Origin: Clostridiales bacterium UBA5448
GTDB lineage: Bacteria; Bacillota; Clostridia; Oscillospirales; SIG627
Reading direction: 5' to 3'
Length of the DNA stretch: 64,000 nt
NCBI GenBank assembly: GCA_002427425.1
Contig: DIRA01000037.1
Coordinates: forward strand, 36,509-100,508
A program made the position numbers and the translations under genes. Under the pieces are notes generated by a model. That model was not told the DNA's origin and did no database searches. It saw only the letters and a program-made list of their open reading frames with translations. Below are positions 53,443-63,900 of this stretch, one piece after another. The stretch's first letter is position 1, and every line of letters starts with the position of its first letter.

Positions 53443-53458
53443 AGATTACTTTCTCCGT

Positions 53459-54259
53459 TTACTTGGTTTCTTTTTCAATTCGGTTTACAGGTTTACAAAA
53501 ATTCCTCACGCCTTTAAAAGAATATCTCAGGGCATCTCCAAGGGAAATATCACCATGCCTATGCCGAATCACATCCTGCACGCACAAAAAAGGTGCCCAA
53601 AATTTTGACACGGCGGCAAACAAAACTCCTTTGTCGTAGTAGTATTTTTCATTGTATCCACGAAACCAGGTAGACTCTCTTTCATCGGAAAGGGTGGCGA
53701 TGCTGTCGGGAACGGCATAGATTTTCAAGCCTTTTTGCAAACAGCTGTGTAAAAACAAAGTGTCTTCCCCGCTGGAATGGGGGGTTCCGCCCCCAAAATT
53801 CTGATTAAAGAAAATCCCGTATTCGGAAATACTTTTTCTGCGAAAGGCAATGCGGGCGGCGCCATACCGCATGAAATTCCAGAAGCGAATCCGTTTCACC
53901 TTTGGATTGGAATATCCCGTTGAGGCTGTTCGTTCGATGTTGAAAATGAGAATGTCCGCTTGAGGGTATCGAGCAAACCAGGTTTTGACTTTCTGTTCGT
54001 ATCCGTCGTCGAAGACCATATCGTCATCTGCCAGGATGCAAATGTCCGCCGTAGCTCGCATGAGGGCGTTGTTTCGATTCAGCCCCACCCCCCGCTCACA
54101 AAAGGAAAGATATCTGATTTTGTGACCCTGATAAATAAAATTCTCGATTTCATTTCTGTCACACTGATTGCCGATGATGGCATCAGATTGTATATTCATT
54201 TTTTGTAACAGCCCATGGTTTGTTTGATGCATGGACGCTACCAATACTTCCACTGTCAT
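53459..54259 (-). CDS. Glycosyltransferase, GT2 (GT-A fold)
   Basis: The ATG at 54259 has AGGTG upstream. VLVASMHQ...., the ILADDDMVF (DxD) motif and GEDTLF. Confidence 0.7.
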   Translation of the reverse strand: MTVEVLVASMHQTNHGLLQKMNIQSDAIIGNQCDRNEIENFIYQGHKIRYLSFCERGVGLNRNNALMRATADICILADDDMVFDDGYEQKVKTWFARYPQADILIFNIERTASTGYSNPKVKRIRFWNFMRYGAARIAFRRKSISEYGIFFNQNFGGGTPHSSGEDTLFLHSCLQKGLKIYAVPDSIATLSDERESTWFRGYNEKYYYDKGVLFAAVSKFWAPFLCVQDVIRHRHGDISLGDALRYSFKGVRNFCKPVNRIEKETK

Positions 54260-54272
54260 AATAGACACCTGC

Positions 54273-55553
54273 TTAATGTAAGTCCGAAATAAAATCACAA
54301 AATTTTTTTGTGTAATCCCGTTTCAATGCCTTAGAGCAGATCGCCACCTCTATATCATCATGAAAATAACGACGGCATTCTTCCAGGATTCTGTGTTTAT
54401 TTTCCTCGTCAATTTCCTGTTCCAGGTTGATGGTCAGTTTTCCCGGAACTGTCTGCACAGCCTGATAATTCCACATGTGTCCGTAAGTCCGGGTGTAATT
54501 TTTAAATATATAGTACAATGTCAAACCGGGATATGAATCTTCTTTTCCGTAAATCAGCTTGCCAACCCGACCCGAAATTTCCCCGATGCATGTATGCTGC
54601 ATACCGCAAGGGCAATGGGATGAGCGATCCAACACGATGCCGTCCCCCAGTTGATAGCGGATCAAAGGAACGGAAAAAGAATTCAGATTGGTGATAACTG
54701 CTTCCCCCTTAATTTCTTCCACAATCACATTTTCCATGATGATGTGCTGCCGCCCATATGTACATTCATAGGCGATTAGCCCCGTTTCCATAGAACCGTA
54801 TTCGCTGATCATTTTCTGTCCAAAGGCTTTTTGCACTTCATCCTGATAATAGTCGTAAATCTGTTCCGATGTTCCCTTCACCATTTTCAGATGATAGGGG
54901 CCCAGTTTCAGGCGATTGATGACCTTGGCCACCTCATAAATCATGGAAGCATAGCCTTCAATATAGACCGCTTTACAAAGCTTGTTTGCAAAGGCGATAA
55001 TTTCCTCCTCTTGATAGGAAAAAAGGCGAAACCGATTCATCAAACCATCCATCAGCCTGACTTTGCATGTTTTGGCAAAATGGTTGGAATAACCCCAAAA
55101 ATACCCGTTCTTTTCCCAGGGGTTCACACCATACCAGGAATATCCCCGCAGTTGGGCAGCACGGGCGGAAGTATCCCATTTTTCATTGCGGTCAAGGCAC
55201 AATGCCTCTCCAGTACTGCCGGATGTTTCTGCATAGTAGGATTTTCCTGCGTGGATATTGGTCATTTCATCCAAATGGTTGATGACAAAACGCTTGTTTA
55301 TAATAGGAAGCAGGGACAGTTTATCCAAACAATCTATTTCTTCCGGAAGCATATGCATACGATCGAACAAGTTTTTGTAATACACAGTTTGGTCATATGC
55401 CGTACGTAGCTGATGGCGAAGTTTGTTGAGCTGCAATGCCTTCAACTGTTCAATGGACCACTTTTCCGTTCTTTTCAAGAAGGCATATTCTTCAAATAAA
55501 CGGGGCCGCTGTACCTTGACACCCAGCTTATATATGTATTTTTTAATACCCAT
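54273..55553 (-). CDS. Phenylacetate-CoA-ligase-like adenylate-forming enzyme (CapK family)
   Basis: The N-terminal W..EQLKALQL.KLR.....Y....YY..LF pattern and the ETSGSTGEAL P-loop are typical of the PaaK/CapK/F390-synthetase family. Confidence 0.7.
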   Translation of the reverse strand: MGIKKYIYKLGVKVQRPRLFEEYAFLKRTEKWSIEQLKALQLNKLRHQLRTAYDQTVYYKNLFDRMHMLPEEIDCLDKLSLLPIINKRFVINHLDEMTNIHAGKSYYAETSGSTGEALCLDRNEKWDTSARAAQLRGYSWYGVNPWEKNGYFWGYSNHFAKTCKVRLMDGLMNRFRLFSYQEEEIIAFANKLCKAVYIEGYASMIYEVAKVINRLKLGPYHLKMVKGTSEQIYDYYQDEVQKAFGQKMISEYGSMETGLIAYECTYGRQHIIMENVIVEEIKGEAVITNLNSFSVPLIRYQLGDGIVLDRSSHCPCGMQHTCIGEISGRVGKLIYGKEDSYPGLTLYYIFKNYTRTYGHMWNYQAVQTVPGKLTINLEQEIDEENKHRILEECRRYFHDDIEVAICSKALKRDYTKKFCDFISDLH

Positions 55554-55569
55554 ATATGTACCTCTTGGA

Positions 55570-56565
55570 TTATTTATATTTGTGCATGCTTACAAGTCCA
55601 TACAGAGATCCGATGCCATAGGAAATATGAAACAGCGGAAAAAGAATCAATTTCAATAACCACGGGTTGGGCTGACCGGGATCGGCATTTTTAAAAGAAA
55701 AAACCACATCCAGAAGGGTATACAGCCCAAGCTCCAACAACAGTAAATATGCAAAGGGTCTCAAAAAGATAGAAATGATGCTCAAACCAATCACCGACAG
55801 CACAAAAGCAAGAGGGATAAAATGTCGCACACTCATGGAGCCGGGGCACAATTTGTTGGTAATGACATTCCATTTGCCGTTTTCAAAGGATTGTTTGCAA
55901 ATCCCCGATAAGGTGTTCCGGCAAAAATAGTCCAGCATGATATCAGCATTCAAATAAATTTTGCCCCCGTTTTTTCGGATACGCTGATTCAATTCATAAT
56001 CCTGATTCCGGCAAAGCCGCTCGTCATACAGCCCGTATTTCTCAAAAGCTTCCCGTCTGAACGCACCAAAAGGCACCGTATCCGTAAAACCCGACTGGGC
56101 ATTAGTACGAAATCCCGAATTGCCCACCCCAAACTTGGAGGAAAGAACCTGGGAAAAGGCACGCCCGATGGGCCCCTTCCCACGGGTGCGCACCAGTCCC
56201 CCCGCATTGTCCGCCCCGGTAGAAAGAAGGGTTTTTACGCAATCTTCTACATAGGTAGCAGGATAGGCGGAATGGGCATCCAAGCGGACGAGGATATCAT
56301 GTTTGGCTACCCGGATCCCGATGTTCATCGCCACGGGGGCAATTCTTTTTGGGTTGTCCAGAACTATCATCTCCAACCCGTGGTCTTGGGCAAAAGAAGC
56401 GATTGTGTCCTTAGTTTTGTCGGTGGAAGCTCCGTCCACAAACAAAATTTCCATCTTGTCTTTGGGATAGCTTTGGTTCAGAATGGACTCCATGCAGGCG
56501 ACGATGTAATGTTCCTCGTTCCGCACGGGAATCACCAGGGAAACGGATATGTATTCTTTCATCAT
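55570..56565 (-). CDS. Glycosyltransferase, GT2, with C-terminal TM helices
   Basis: SLVIPVRNEE, FVDGASTDKT, RLDAH and the NQDYELN (QxxRW-like region). There are 3-4 C-terminal TMs. Confidence 0.8.
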   Translation of the reverse strand: MMKEYISVSLVIPVRNEEHYIVACMESILNQSYPKDKMEILFVDGASTDKTKDTIASFAQDHGLEMIVLDNPKRIAPVAMNIGIRVAKHDILVRLDAHSAYPATYVEDCVKTLLSTGADNAGGLVRTRGKGPIGRAFSQVLSSKFGVGNSGFRTNAQSGFTDTVPFGAFRREAFEKYGLYDERLCRNQDYELNQRIRKNGGKIYLNADIMLDYFCRNTLSGICKQSFENGKWNVITNKLCPGSMSVRHFIPLAFVLSVIGLSIISIFLRPFAYLLLLELGLYTLLDVVFSFKNADPGQPNPWLLKLILFPLFHISYGIGSLYGLVSMHKYK

Positions 56566-56569
56566 GTCC

Positions 56570-57241
56570 TCACAGCAATTGTTTGGCTTCGTCTTGCTTC
56601 ATGCAGTAGGTGTCACAATCCACTTTTCCTACACGCAACAGATAATCGCCGTAATCCTCGGCAGTGGCCATGCCCTGGGTCTGTACATCTTCCCGGGCAA
56701 ACACCTTTGTCACAGTTTTGAACATGATTTTCATATCGTTCACTAAGGTGATGTTTTCTATGTATTGCAAATCATATTGAAACTTGGCTTCCCAGGAAAT
56801 ATCGTTGCGCCCGTTAATCTGAGCCAAACCGGATAAACCGGGACGCACCGAATGGCGCTTACGCACATCTTGTGACATGAACACCATATCCCGCACCAAT
56901 TGGGGGCGGGGTCCAATGATGGCCATATCCCCCCGGAGAATATTAAACAGTTCCGGCAGCTCGTCTAAACTGGTGCTGCGCAAAAACTGCCCGAAAGACG
57001 TGAGCCGCACATCATCCGGGAGCAAATTTCCCTTTTCATCCCGCTCATTGGTCATGGTGCGGAATTTATATAGCATAAAGACTTTTTCATCCTTGCCGGG
57101 TCGCTTTTGTTTGAAAATCACAGGAGCCCCCAGCTTGATCCGCACCAAAATTGCCACCGCAATCAATGCGGGGGCAAGAACAATCAGTGCCGGCAGGGTC
57201 AATGTAATATCTAAAATCCGTTTGATACCGTTTTTGTACAT
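56570..57241 (-). CDS. Initiating undecaprenyl-phosphate sugar-phosphate transferase (small PglC/WecP-like Bac_transf family)
   Basis: KRILDITLTLPALIVLAPALI, PVIFKQKRPGK....F.LYKFRTM, IIGPRP and PGLSGLAQINGRN. Confidence 0.85.
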   Translation of the reverse strand: MYKNGIKRILDITLTLPALIVLAPALIAVAILVRIKLGAPVIFKQKRPGKDEKVFMLYKFRTMTNERDEKGNLLPDDVRLTSFGQFLRSTSLDELPELFNILRGDMAIIGPRPQLVRDMVFMSQDVRKRHSVRPGLSGLAQINGRNDISWEAKFQYDLQYIENITLVNDMKIMFKTVTKVFAREDVQTQGMATAEDYGDYLLRVGKVDCDTYCMKQDEAKQLL

Positions 57242-57256
57242 AGTTCAATTTTCCTC

Positions 57257-58411
57257 TTAGAAAAGACTGTTGATTATTTTAATCACGTTATCCTGTGCGT
57301 GAGCAGTCATTTTGATATCGCTGGGCAAACACAGTCCGCGATGGAAAATATCGCCTCCGACCCCATCCCCCTCTTCCATGGAAATAAAGGGTTTGTCGGA
57401 AAAGAAAGGTTGCATATGCATGGGTTTCCAAATGGGACGGGCTTCGATATTTTCTTTGCCCAATGCTTCCATGATTTGGGTGGGAGTTACGGGACAATTT
57501 TTGTCCAACAGCAAACAGGACAGCCAAAAGTTTGGTTTGGAATTGGCTGCATCGTAGGGATTCAGGGATAAACAGGAAATATCCTCGAGTCCCCGGGCAT
57601 AGCGGCGATAAATTTCTTCTTTTTTATCTCTGTGTTCTTCTATGTGCAGCAGTTGCCCCCGCCCGATCCCGGCAACAATGTTGCTCATGCGGTAGTTGTA
57701 CCCCAGCTCGCTGTGCTGATAATGGGGGGCGGGATCCCTGGACTGGGTGGACCAAAACCTTGCCTTTTGAATATCTTGCACCCGGTCGGAAACCAACATG
57801 CCCCCGCCGGAGGAGGTGATAATTTTATTGCCGTTGAAGGAATAAACCCCGTATTTCCCAAAGGTACCGGTTTGTTTTCCCCGATAGGTAGCGGACAAGC
57901 TTTCCGCGGCATCTTCAATGAGAGGCACGTTGTATTCCTCGCAAAGTGCCATGATGTCCGCTAGTTTAGCAGGCGTACCGTACAAATGCACCAGCACCAC
58001 CGCTTTGGGACGGGGTTTTTTTACACCGTCGTAGAATTGGAACGCTTTTTTCAATGCGTTGGGGTCCATATTCCAGGTGTCTCGCTCGCTGTCAATGAGA
58101 ACCTGCGTTCCCTTTTCATAGGATACAGGATTCACGGTCGCGGAAAAGGTCAAATCGGAGCAAAAAACAATGTCCCCTTGCTCCACCCCGGCCAGTTTTA
58201 TAGCCAGATGCAATGCAGCGGTACCGGCAGTCAAAGCGGCGGCGGCGACTGAACCGGTATATGCGCAGATTTCTTTTTCAAAGCCGTCCACATTGGCGCC
58301 CAAAGGAGCAACCCAGTTGGTGTCAAAGGCTTCCTGCACAAATCTCTGTTCATCTCCGTGCATGGTGGGAGAGGACAAATAAACCCGCTGTTTTTGATGG
58401 ATGCGGTGCAT
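57257..58411 (-). CDS. DegT/DnrJ/EryC1/StrS-family PLP-dependent sugar 4-aminotransferase (PglE-like)
   Basis: LSSPTMHGDEQRFVQEAFDTNWVAPLG, DAAESL, the FSFNGNKIITSSGGGMLV (PLP-Lys region) and GYNYRMSNI. Confidence 0.85.
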   Translation of the reverse strand: MHRIHQKQRVYLSSPTMHGDEQRFVQEAFDTNWVAPLGANVDGFEKEICAYTGSVAAAALTAGTAALHLAIKLAGVEQGDIVFCSDLTFSATVNPVSYEKGTQVLIDSERDTWNMDPNALKKAFQFYDGVKKPRPKAVVLVHLYGTPAKLADIMALCEEYNVPLIEDAAESLSATYRGKQTGTFGKYGVYSFNGNKIITSSGGGMLVSDRVQDIQKARFWSTQSRDPAPHYQHSELGYNYRMSNIVAGIGRGQLLHIEEHRDKKEEIYRRYARGLEDISCLSLNPYDAANSKPNFWLSCLLLDKNCPVTPTQIMEALGKENIEARPIWKPMHMQPFFSDKPFISMEEGDGVGGDIFHRGLCLPSDIKMTAHAQDNVIKIINSLF

Positions 58412-58471
58412 AAACATCTACCCCTTTTAGTCTGTTAAAATAACGTAAATAAGCTAATCATTATTTTTTTA

Positions 58472-58500
58472 ATCATAACATATTTTTTTACATATTGCAA
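58472..58500 (-). promoter_or_regulatory. Candidate promoter of the minus-strand glycan operon
   Basis: Minus strand TTGCAA-17 nt-TATGAT, about 60 nt upstream of the aminotransferase start. Confidence 0.5.
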
Positions 58501-58611
58501 TAAATCTCCATGAAATTGGTATACATATAATCAAATCGCCCTATTTTTTGTTACATTGTATCCCACTCCATCCATCCTGCATAAAAAGTACTGGGGATGA
58601 GGGATGATGAC

Positions 58612-58643
58612 AAAAAAGGCTCGCATGTCAGCAAGCCTTTTTT
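58612..58643 (-). terminator. Intrinsic terminator after paralogue A
   Basis: ggcuugc-ugacau-gcgagcc followed by U6 on the minus strand. It is A/T flanked, so possibly bidirectional. Confidence 0.7.
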
Positions 58644-58674
58644 ATAGTACCCGTATCCCTTCATCCACCCATTC

Positions 58675-60651
58675 TCACGCTTCGGTTTTTCCTTCCCCAT
58701 CGATGCTTTCTGTTTGGGTCAAAACCGTTTTTCCACCGCCATTTTCTGATAGCTCATTTTCACTTTCCTCTTGAGTGGGAACATCTGTTTCCTTTTCTTG
58801 GGCCATGGCGGGAAATTCTTCCCCCAGGGCATCCATATCTATATCATCGGCGATGCCAACCGGTTCCCTGTGGGGTTCCCCCTCCACCGCTGATACGATT
58901 TCGGGGTGTTCTTCCAGAATATCTACCACCGTGCTGCCATCTGTTTCGAACAATGTCTTGTTGGGAATCACATTGGTTCCGGCAACCACCCCTTCCTCAT
59001 CGCACATTTTTTCCGTTCCGGGAACGGTCTGGCAGGTGACCCCCTCTTCATCCGCCGGCACCTTCTTTTTGCAGGCAGAAGCAGGCATGAGCGTAGCATT
59101 GGGGGCTGTCAACACCAAATAATGGAGGATGCTCCAGCAAATCAGAGGTAATCCCGCCACAGCGGCGATCCATTCATAATAATACACCACAGGGCTCATA
59201 CAGGCAAGCCCCAGAAGCCCGTAAAACAAAGCGATTGAAACGGCTTTTTTTCGGGAAACGGGACCTTTCTTGATCCACATGCGGTATAACACGATGGGCA
59301 GCGGATAGAGGCAGAAAATCACAAACAATCCCAGGATGAGATAGAGTCTCCGGTCAATGGGTTCTATTTTCTTCGGTTCATCGGTCACTTCCGATTGATC
59401 GGATTCTTTCGGGCACTCGACGGGGACGTCATTCGGTTCTTTCACCGCAGGTTTTTCGGTGGGATAAACCAAACCGGGAAGCACCGCATTGGAAAGAACG
59501 GATTTAAAACCAGGAAAATACCGACTGATTCTATGCCCGGTAAAATCAAAAATATAGGCATACCCGTTGTGGACCCAAATACAATTATATCTCCATTGGG
59601 GTACTTCCTGCCCCATGAAGGTGTCCAAATATACATATTCGCACTCAAAATATTTGTTGTTCTTATACTTGGTTTTGCTCATGAAGCGTTCATCCATTTC
59701 CAGCAGAGAAGCGAGCTGGTCGGTGCGAATCCCATTGAAATTGATTTGTTCCCGCGTTTTATCCTTTTTTTCCAGTTCCGACATCAATTCCCACAAATCA
59801 ATTCCGCGGAAAATGATTTCACAGTCGGGATCTTCCACATGGGCAAATGAAAGCTGCACGTCTTTGTTATCTTTATATGTATCGGTCTTTACCCATCCGG
59901 CAGGGACCGTAAACTGCATGCCGCCGGCATCGTTAGAATAGACAAACGGTTCTTTTGCCTTGCCAAAATCAATTTCAGGCTGTACGGGCTCCTGATCAAA
60001 CACAATCGTATCCACGATGGAACACATATACTGTTCCCACTCATCGTTTAGCGGCCTGCCAAAGGGGTGTGAAAATGGTTTTACAAACATATAATCATAG
60101 GGAAAAAATATGATGTCGATTTGTTTGCCATTGATGACCGTGGTATATTCCACGATATATTCCGCGATATAATCTGCATATTCTCTGTAATCTGTGTAAT
60201 AGGTTTTAATAAATTTACAGTTTCCCGCTGTATAGATTTCGGAAACAACCCATTCTAACTCCTCCGTGTTTTCATTATCTTTATTGAAATTCAAAAAAAC
60301 CATGGACAAAAGCTCAGAATCGGTATATAAATTGTAATCTTCCTCTTTGCTTATTTTCATGTTGACATACACCTGACAAAAGTGTACATCGTCCCAACAA
60401 ATGAGGTATCCATTGGTTTTTTTCATCATTTTGAAAAATTTCTCCACTGTCATATCATATGCAGTCTCAATGAACGGTTTTTTGAACTTGATATTTTCAC
60501 GGGTGATGACCTCACTGTTTTGCGGCATGGTGATGGTAATCCCCACATCTTTCAAATGACACGTAGTCTGAGGACCGGCCAAAACAAAAAAGGGTAATGC
60601 AAGACCAAACAGAAAAACAACGGCTAAACATAAACTGCAAACTTTTTTCAT
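58675..60651 (-). CDS. Uncharacterised protein, paralogue A: signal peptide + ~420-aa extracytoplasmic region + 3 TM + long acidic tail
   Basis: AGGAGG lies 4 nt upstream of the ATG. Signal peptide MKKVCSLCLAVVFLFGLALPFFVLAG. Conserved blocks are shared with 60964..64000 (LYTDSELL, EYTTVINGKQI, FAHVEDPDCEI, CIWVHNGYAYIFDF). There are three TMs near aa 440-530. The C-terminal ~130 aa are Glu/Asp-rich. Confidence 0.7.
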   Translation of the reverse strand: MKKVCSLCLAVVFLFGLALPFFVLAGPQTTCHLKDVGITITMPQNSEVITRENIKFKKPFIETAYDMTVEKFFKMMKKTNGYLICWDDVHFCQVYVNMKISKEEDYNLYTDSELLSMVFLNFNKDNENTEELEWVVSEIYTAGNCKFIKTYYTDYREYADYIAEYIVEYTTVINGKQIDIIFFPYDYMFVKPFSHPFGRPLNDEWEQYMCSIVDTIVFDQEPVQPEIDFGKAKEPFVYSNDAGGMQFTVPAGWVKTDTYKDNKDVQLSFAHVEDPDCEIIFRGIDLWELMSELEKKDKTREQINFNGIRTDQLASLLEMDERFMSKTKYKNNKYFECEYVYLDTFMGQEVPQWRYNCIWVHNGYAYIFDFTGHRISRYFPGFKSVLSNAVLPGLVYPTEKPAVKEPNDVPVECPKESDQSEVTDEPKKIEPIDRRLYLILGLFVIFCLYPLPIVLYRMWIKKGPVSRKKAVSIALFYGLLGLACMSPVVYYYEWIAAVAGLPLICWSILHYLVLTAPNATLMPASACKKKVPADEEGVTCQTVPGTEKMCDEEGVVAGTNVIPNKTLFETDGSTVVDILEEHPEIVSAVEGEPHREPVGIADDIDMDALGEEFPAMAQEKETDVPTQEESENELSENGGGKTVLTQTESIDGEGKTEA

Positions 60652-60963
60652 GTTTCCTCCTAAAATCTTGGGTCATTCAAAAGATGACCGATGGTTACAC
60701 GGTTGACGGGTGATTATATGAAAAACATACAATTATTTTGCAGAAAATCCCGATTTCCCCTACCAATTGATGCAAAATAGTACATTCACAGTATATCATA
60801 GTTTGTTTCGTGTTAAAACAGTTTTTATAAAAATAAGTTGCGAATATTCAAAAGAATATCAAAACAAGAACAGTCTCTTCCCAAAAAAACTATGAATTTG
60901 GGGAAAACTTATTATTTAACGCGTTATTTCTCTGTTTTTTGGCGCTTTCGTCTGTAAAACACC

Positions 60964-63900
60964 TCAGTCTTGGAAATCCCCAAGTTGATTTGACTTGCCA
61001 TCAAATGAATCATTTTCAACAGAGATTGCTTGTGCACAAGGTTTGCCCCGGAGTTTTGGCAGTACCGACAGAAAGGCAATCCCGCACAAATACTGGATGG
61101 GTACGATTCCAAAAAGGACGCGCTCACAGTCCGAGAGACGCACACAGGTTCCGCACCCGATAGCAAGAAGAGTGTATATCAACAGTAATAAACAAATTGT
61201 TTTTTTAGAAAACGCATTTTTTCGACTCAACAAGATCAACAAACAAATGAAAGGGAACAGCAACAGCAGTACATATGATCCCATTAAAATAAGCATCTTT
61301 TTTTCTTGGTTTTGAACCCTGTGTCCGGAATCTTCTTCAGTGATATTGTTTATTTTTCCGGCAGGCTGATTATCAGATTCACCCACATGTTTTTCAAGGG
61401 ATTCATCGGCGGGCTTTTCGGTGAGTCCCGTTTGACCCGGCAGCACCGCATGCATCAGCATATCTTTGAATGCAACATAGTATCGGCTTTCTTTCCCTCC
61501 GCCAAAGCGGAAGACATAGGCATAGCCGTTGTGAATCCAGACACATAACAGTCTGTCCGAGACCACGGTTTTGTTCTGCTCAGTTCGGGCAGTCGTCCCA
61601 TCGGATACAAAATACTCGTTGTTACCATATGCCATCCGTACAAAGTAGGCATCTTGCTCCCCGATTTTCTCAGCCACCCACTTCCCTTTGACTTTTTCAT
61701 AGGACAACTCTTCGCGACTGATTCCCTGCTTTTCATCACAAGATACTTGTTCCCACAAATCCACACACTGCACCTTTATCTGACAATCAGGATCTTCGAT
61801 ATGAGCTAGAGACAAGAGCAGGGATGGATCCTCTGGATCGGTTTTGTTTTTTGCCCAGCCGGGGAGCATGGTCAGCGTAACGCTGGTTTGGATGTTTTCA
61901 TAGGTATGGCTCGGTGCTGCGACAATGTCTTTTTCGTGTGCAGGGGCAGGCACCTGAAGAGTAATGGTACGCAGGATGGATTCAATATAGTCGGCCGTTT
62001 CTTCTTCCAGCAGCGGTAGCTGCAAACATTCCCCATTCTTTTGATTTTTAGTGATTTCCACCAAAAAACCGATTTCTTTTCCGTCATGAACGGTGGTGTA
62101 TTCCATCGCGAAATAGGTGCGGGATACATTCAAATACGTATTCCGTACAAATTTCAACTCTCTTGTTGCAAACACACGGGCATCCACCCACAGATCAAAC
62201 CGATCCCGGTCTTTTTTTTGCTTCCCAGCATTGGCTTTCAGCAGCTCCGAATCGGTACACAGGTTGCAAGTTTTTTCCTTGCTTTTCACCATGGTGACAT
62301 AAACATCATACCAATGCTCAAAGGGATTTTGATATACATAATTATGATTATCAAATCCCATGACATAGGCGTTCTTTTTCTTCATACGTGTTTGCATCTG
62401 TTCTACGGTCATGAGGTATTTGGCTATGTTTGAAGGGTCATCCTTACACGTATCCCGGGTAAAGTACTCCAGGGATGCGGGAAGAACAAAGGACATGCCC
62501 AGTTCTTTGATATCCGTCGTATGGAAATCCGCCCTTCCCGAAATCGGCATCACCACACCATGAAGTAAACAAAAAGCAAGACAGATACAAATGATTGTTT
62601 TCATCCTTCCTCCCGAAAAAAAGGAAGCGGAAAAGGGATCGTGTTTCCCCGTTGAAAGCAGCCAGAGAACGCCGCTGGCAAGCAGGAAAGGAATTCCCGC
62701 CATCAACAAGACGTCGATTTTCAGTGAAACTAAAAATCCAAACGTAAACGAGCAAAGAAAGACAAAAAGACACACCAGACACAGAACAGTTTTATTGCCA
62801 TAGGCCTGCTTTCGAAGAAAAAGCCGATTCAAGGCAGCCAGCAGAGGAAATAACGTCAATGTCACATAGGCGATCACCAAAGCGACGGATTTGGCTTTCG
62901 CGGCAAGGCGTGGCTCATCATTGTCCCCCACCGTGGTATCATCGGATATACCGGAAACCAGCTTGTTCGTTTCACCCGTATCCATCGTGAGAAAATCGGC
63001 ATCGGGTTGATTGGTAAGATGGGCAGTTTTCAACAAGGAAAGATACTCCTGATAACTGCTTTGGATGGAATCTCCCGTGTAATAAAATACATAGGCATAA
63101 CCCTTATCCGGAAAAAGACCGAAAGCGGTGCTCTTTTTAAGGGCTTCCCCCATCAGACCGGGCGTTGAAAACCCCGAATATTCATAGTAGGTATTTTGAT
63201 CGTAAACCGTTTTCTTGATATGTTCGACGGGGGCGGACATTAACTCCGAAAGCCGGATGCGTGTGAAAATCTTTTCAGAAATCGTCTCCCGTATAAGCTT
63301 GCTTTTTTCCTCTTCGGTCAGGTGTTCCCAAACATCGATTTTCAATAAAAAGACCTCGTTTTCCGGATGATTTCCATCACGCAGGGAAAGCAGCAGAGAT
63401 TCGTCCCCGGCATAACGGTCTGTTTCGACCCATCCAGCAGGAAGGGAAAAAGAAATGCCGGTTTCCTTGTTTTCATAGGAGAATTCGCTTGCGGGAATCT
63501 GGATATCCTGTTCTGTGACATCCGCGGTATGAAATACAAGATTATCCATGATCGTCCGTATGTCCGCATAGCCGGTATACATATTGACGAGATCGTTCAT
63601 GCCGTGAGAAACCCGCAACAGCAAATCACCATGACAGGCTTTCTGAAACGAGAGGCAAATTTCTTTGCCGTCCCGAACCGTAACCATCGTGTATTCATAG
63701 ACATTTTGTTCTATGCCGGGTTCATCGTCATACATATCAATGTTGAACACAAACTTCGCCTGGGGGTGATAATATATTTGGGAATAGAGATGCTCCGGGT
63801 GAGTTTTTGCATTCTGCCACAACAATTCCCAGTCGCTGATGTGGGCGTAATCCTGCCGGGAAGAATCCGCCATACTCACCTGCATGGTAAAGCGTTCCTC

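Noticed and set aside
58418-58674. An invertible (phase-variable) promoter in front of the glycan operon. The same search was made around 34.1-34.3 kb and 38.7-39.2 kb.
   Set aside because: I looked for flanking inverted repeats of about 15 bp or more bracketing the promoters and saw none. No site-specific recombinase gene is present in the window.
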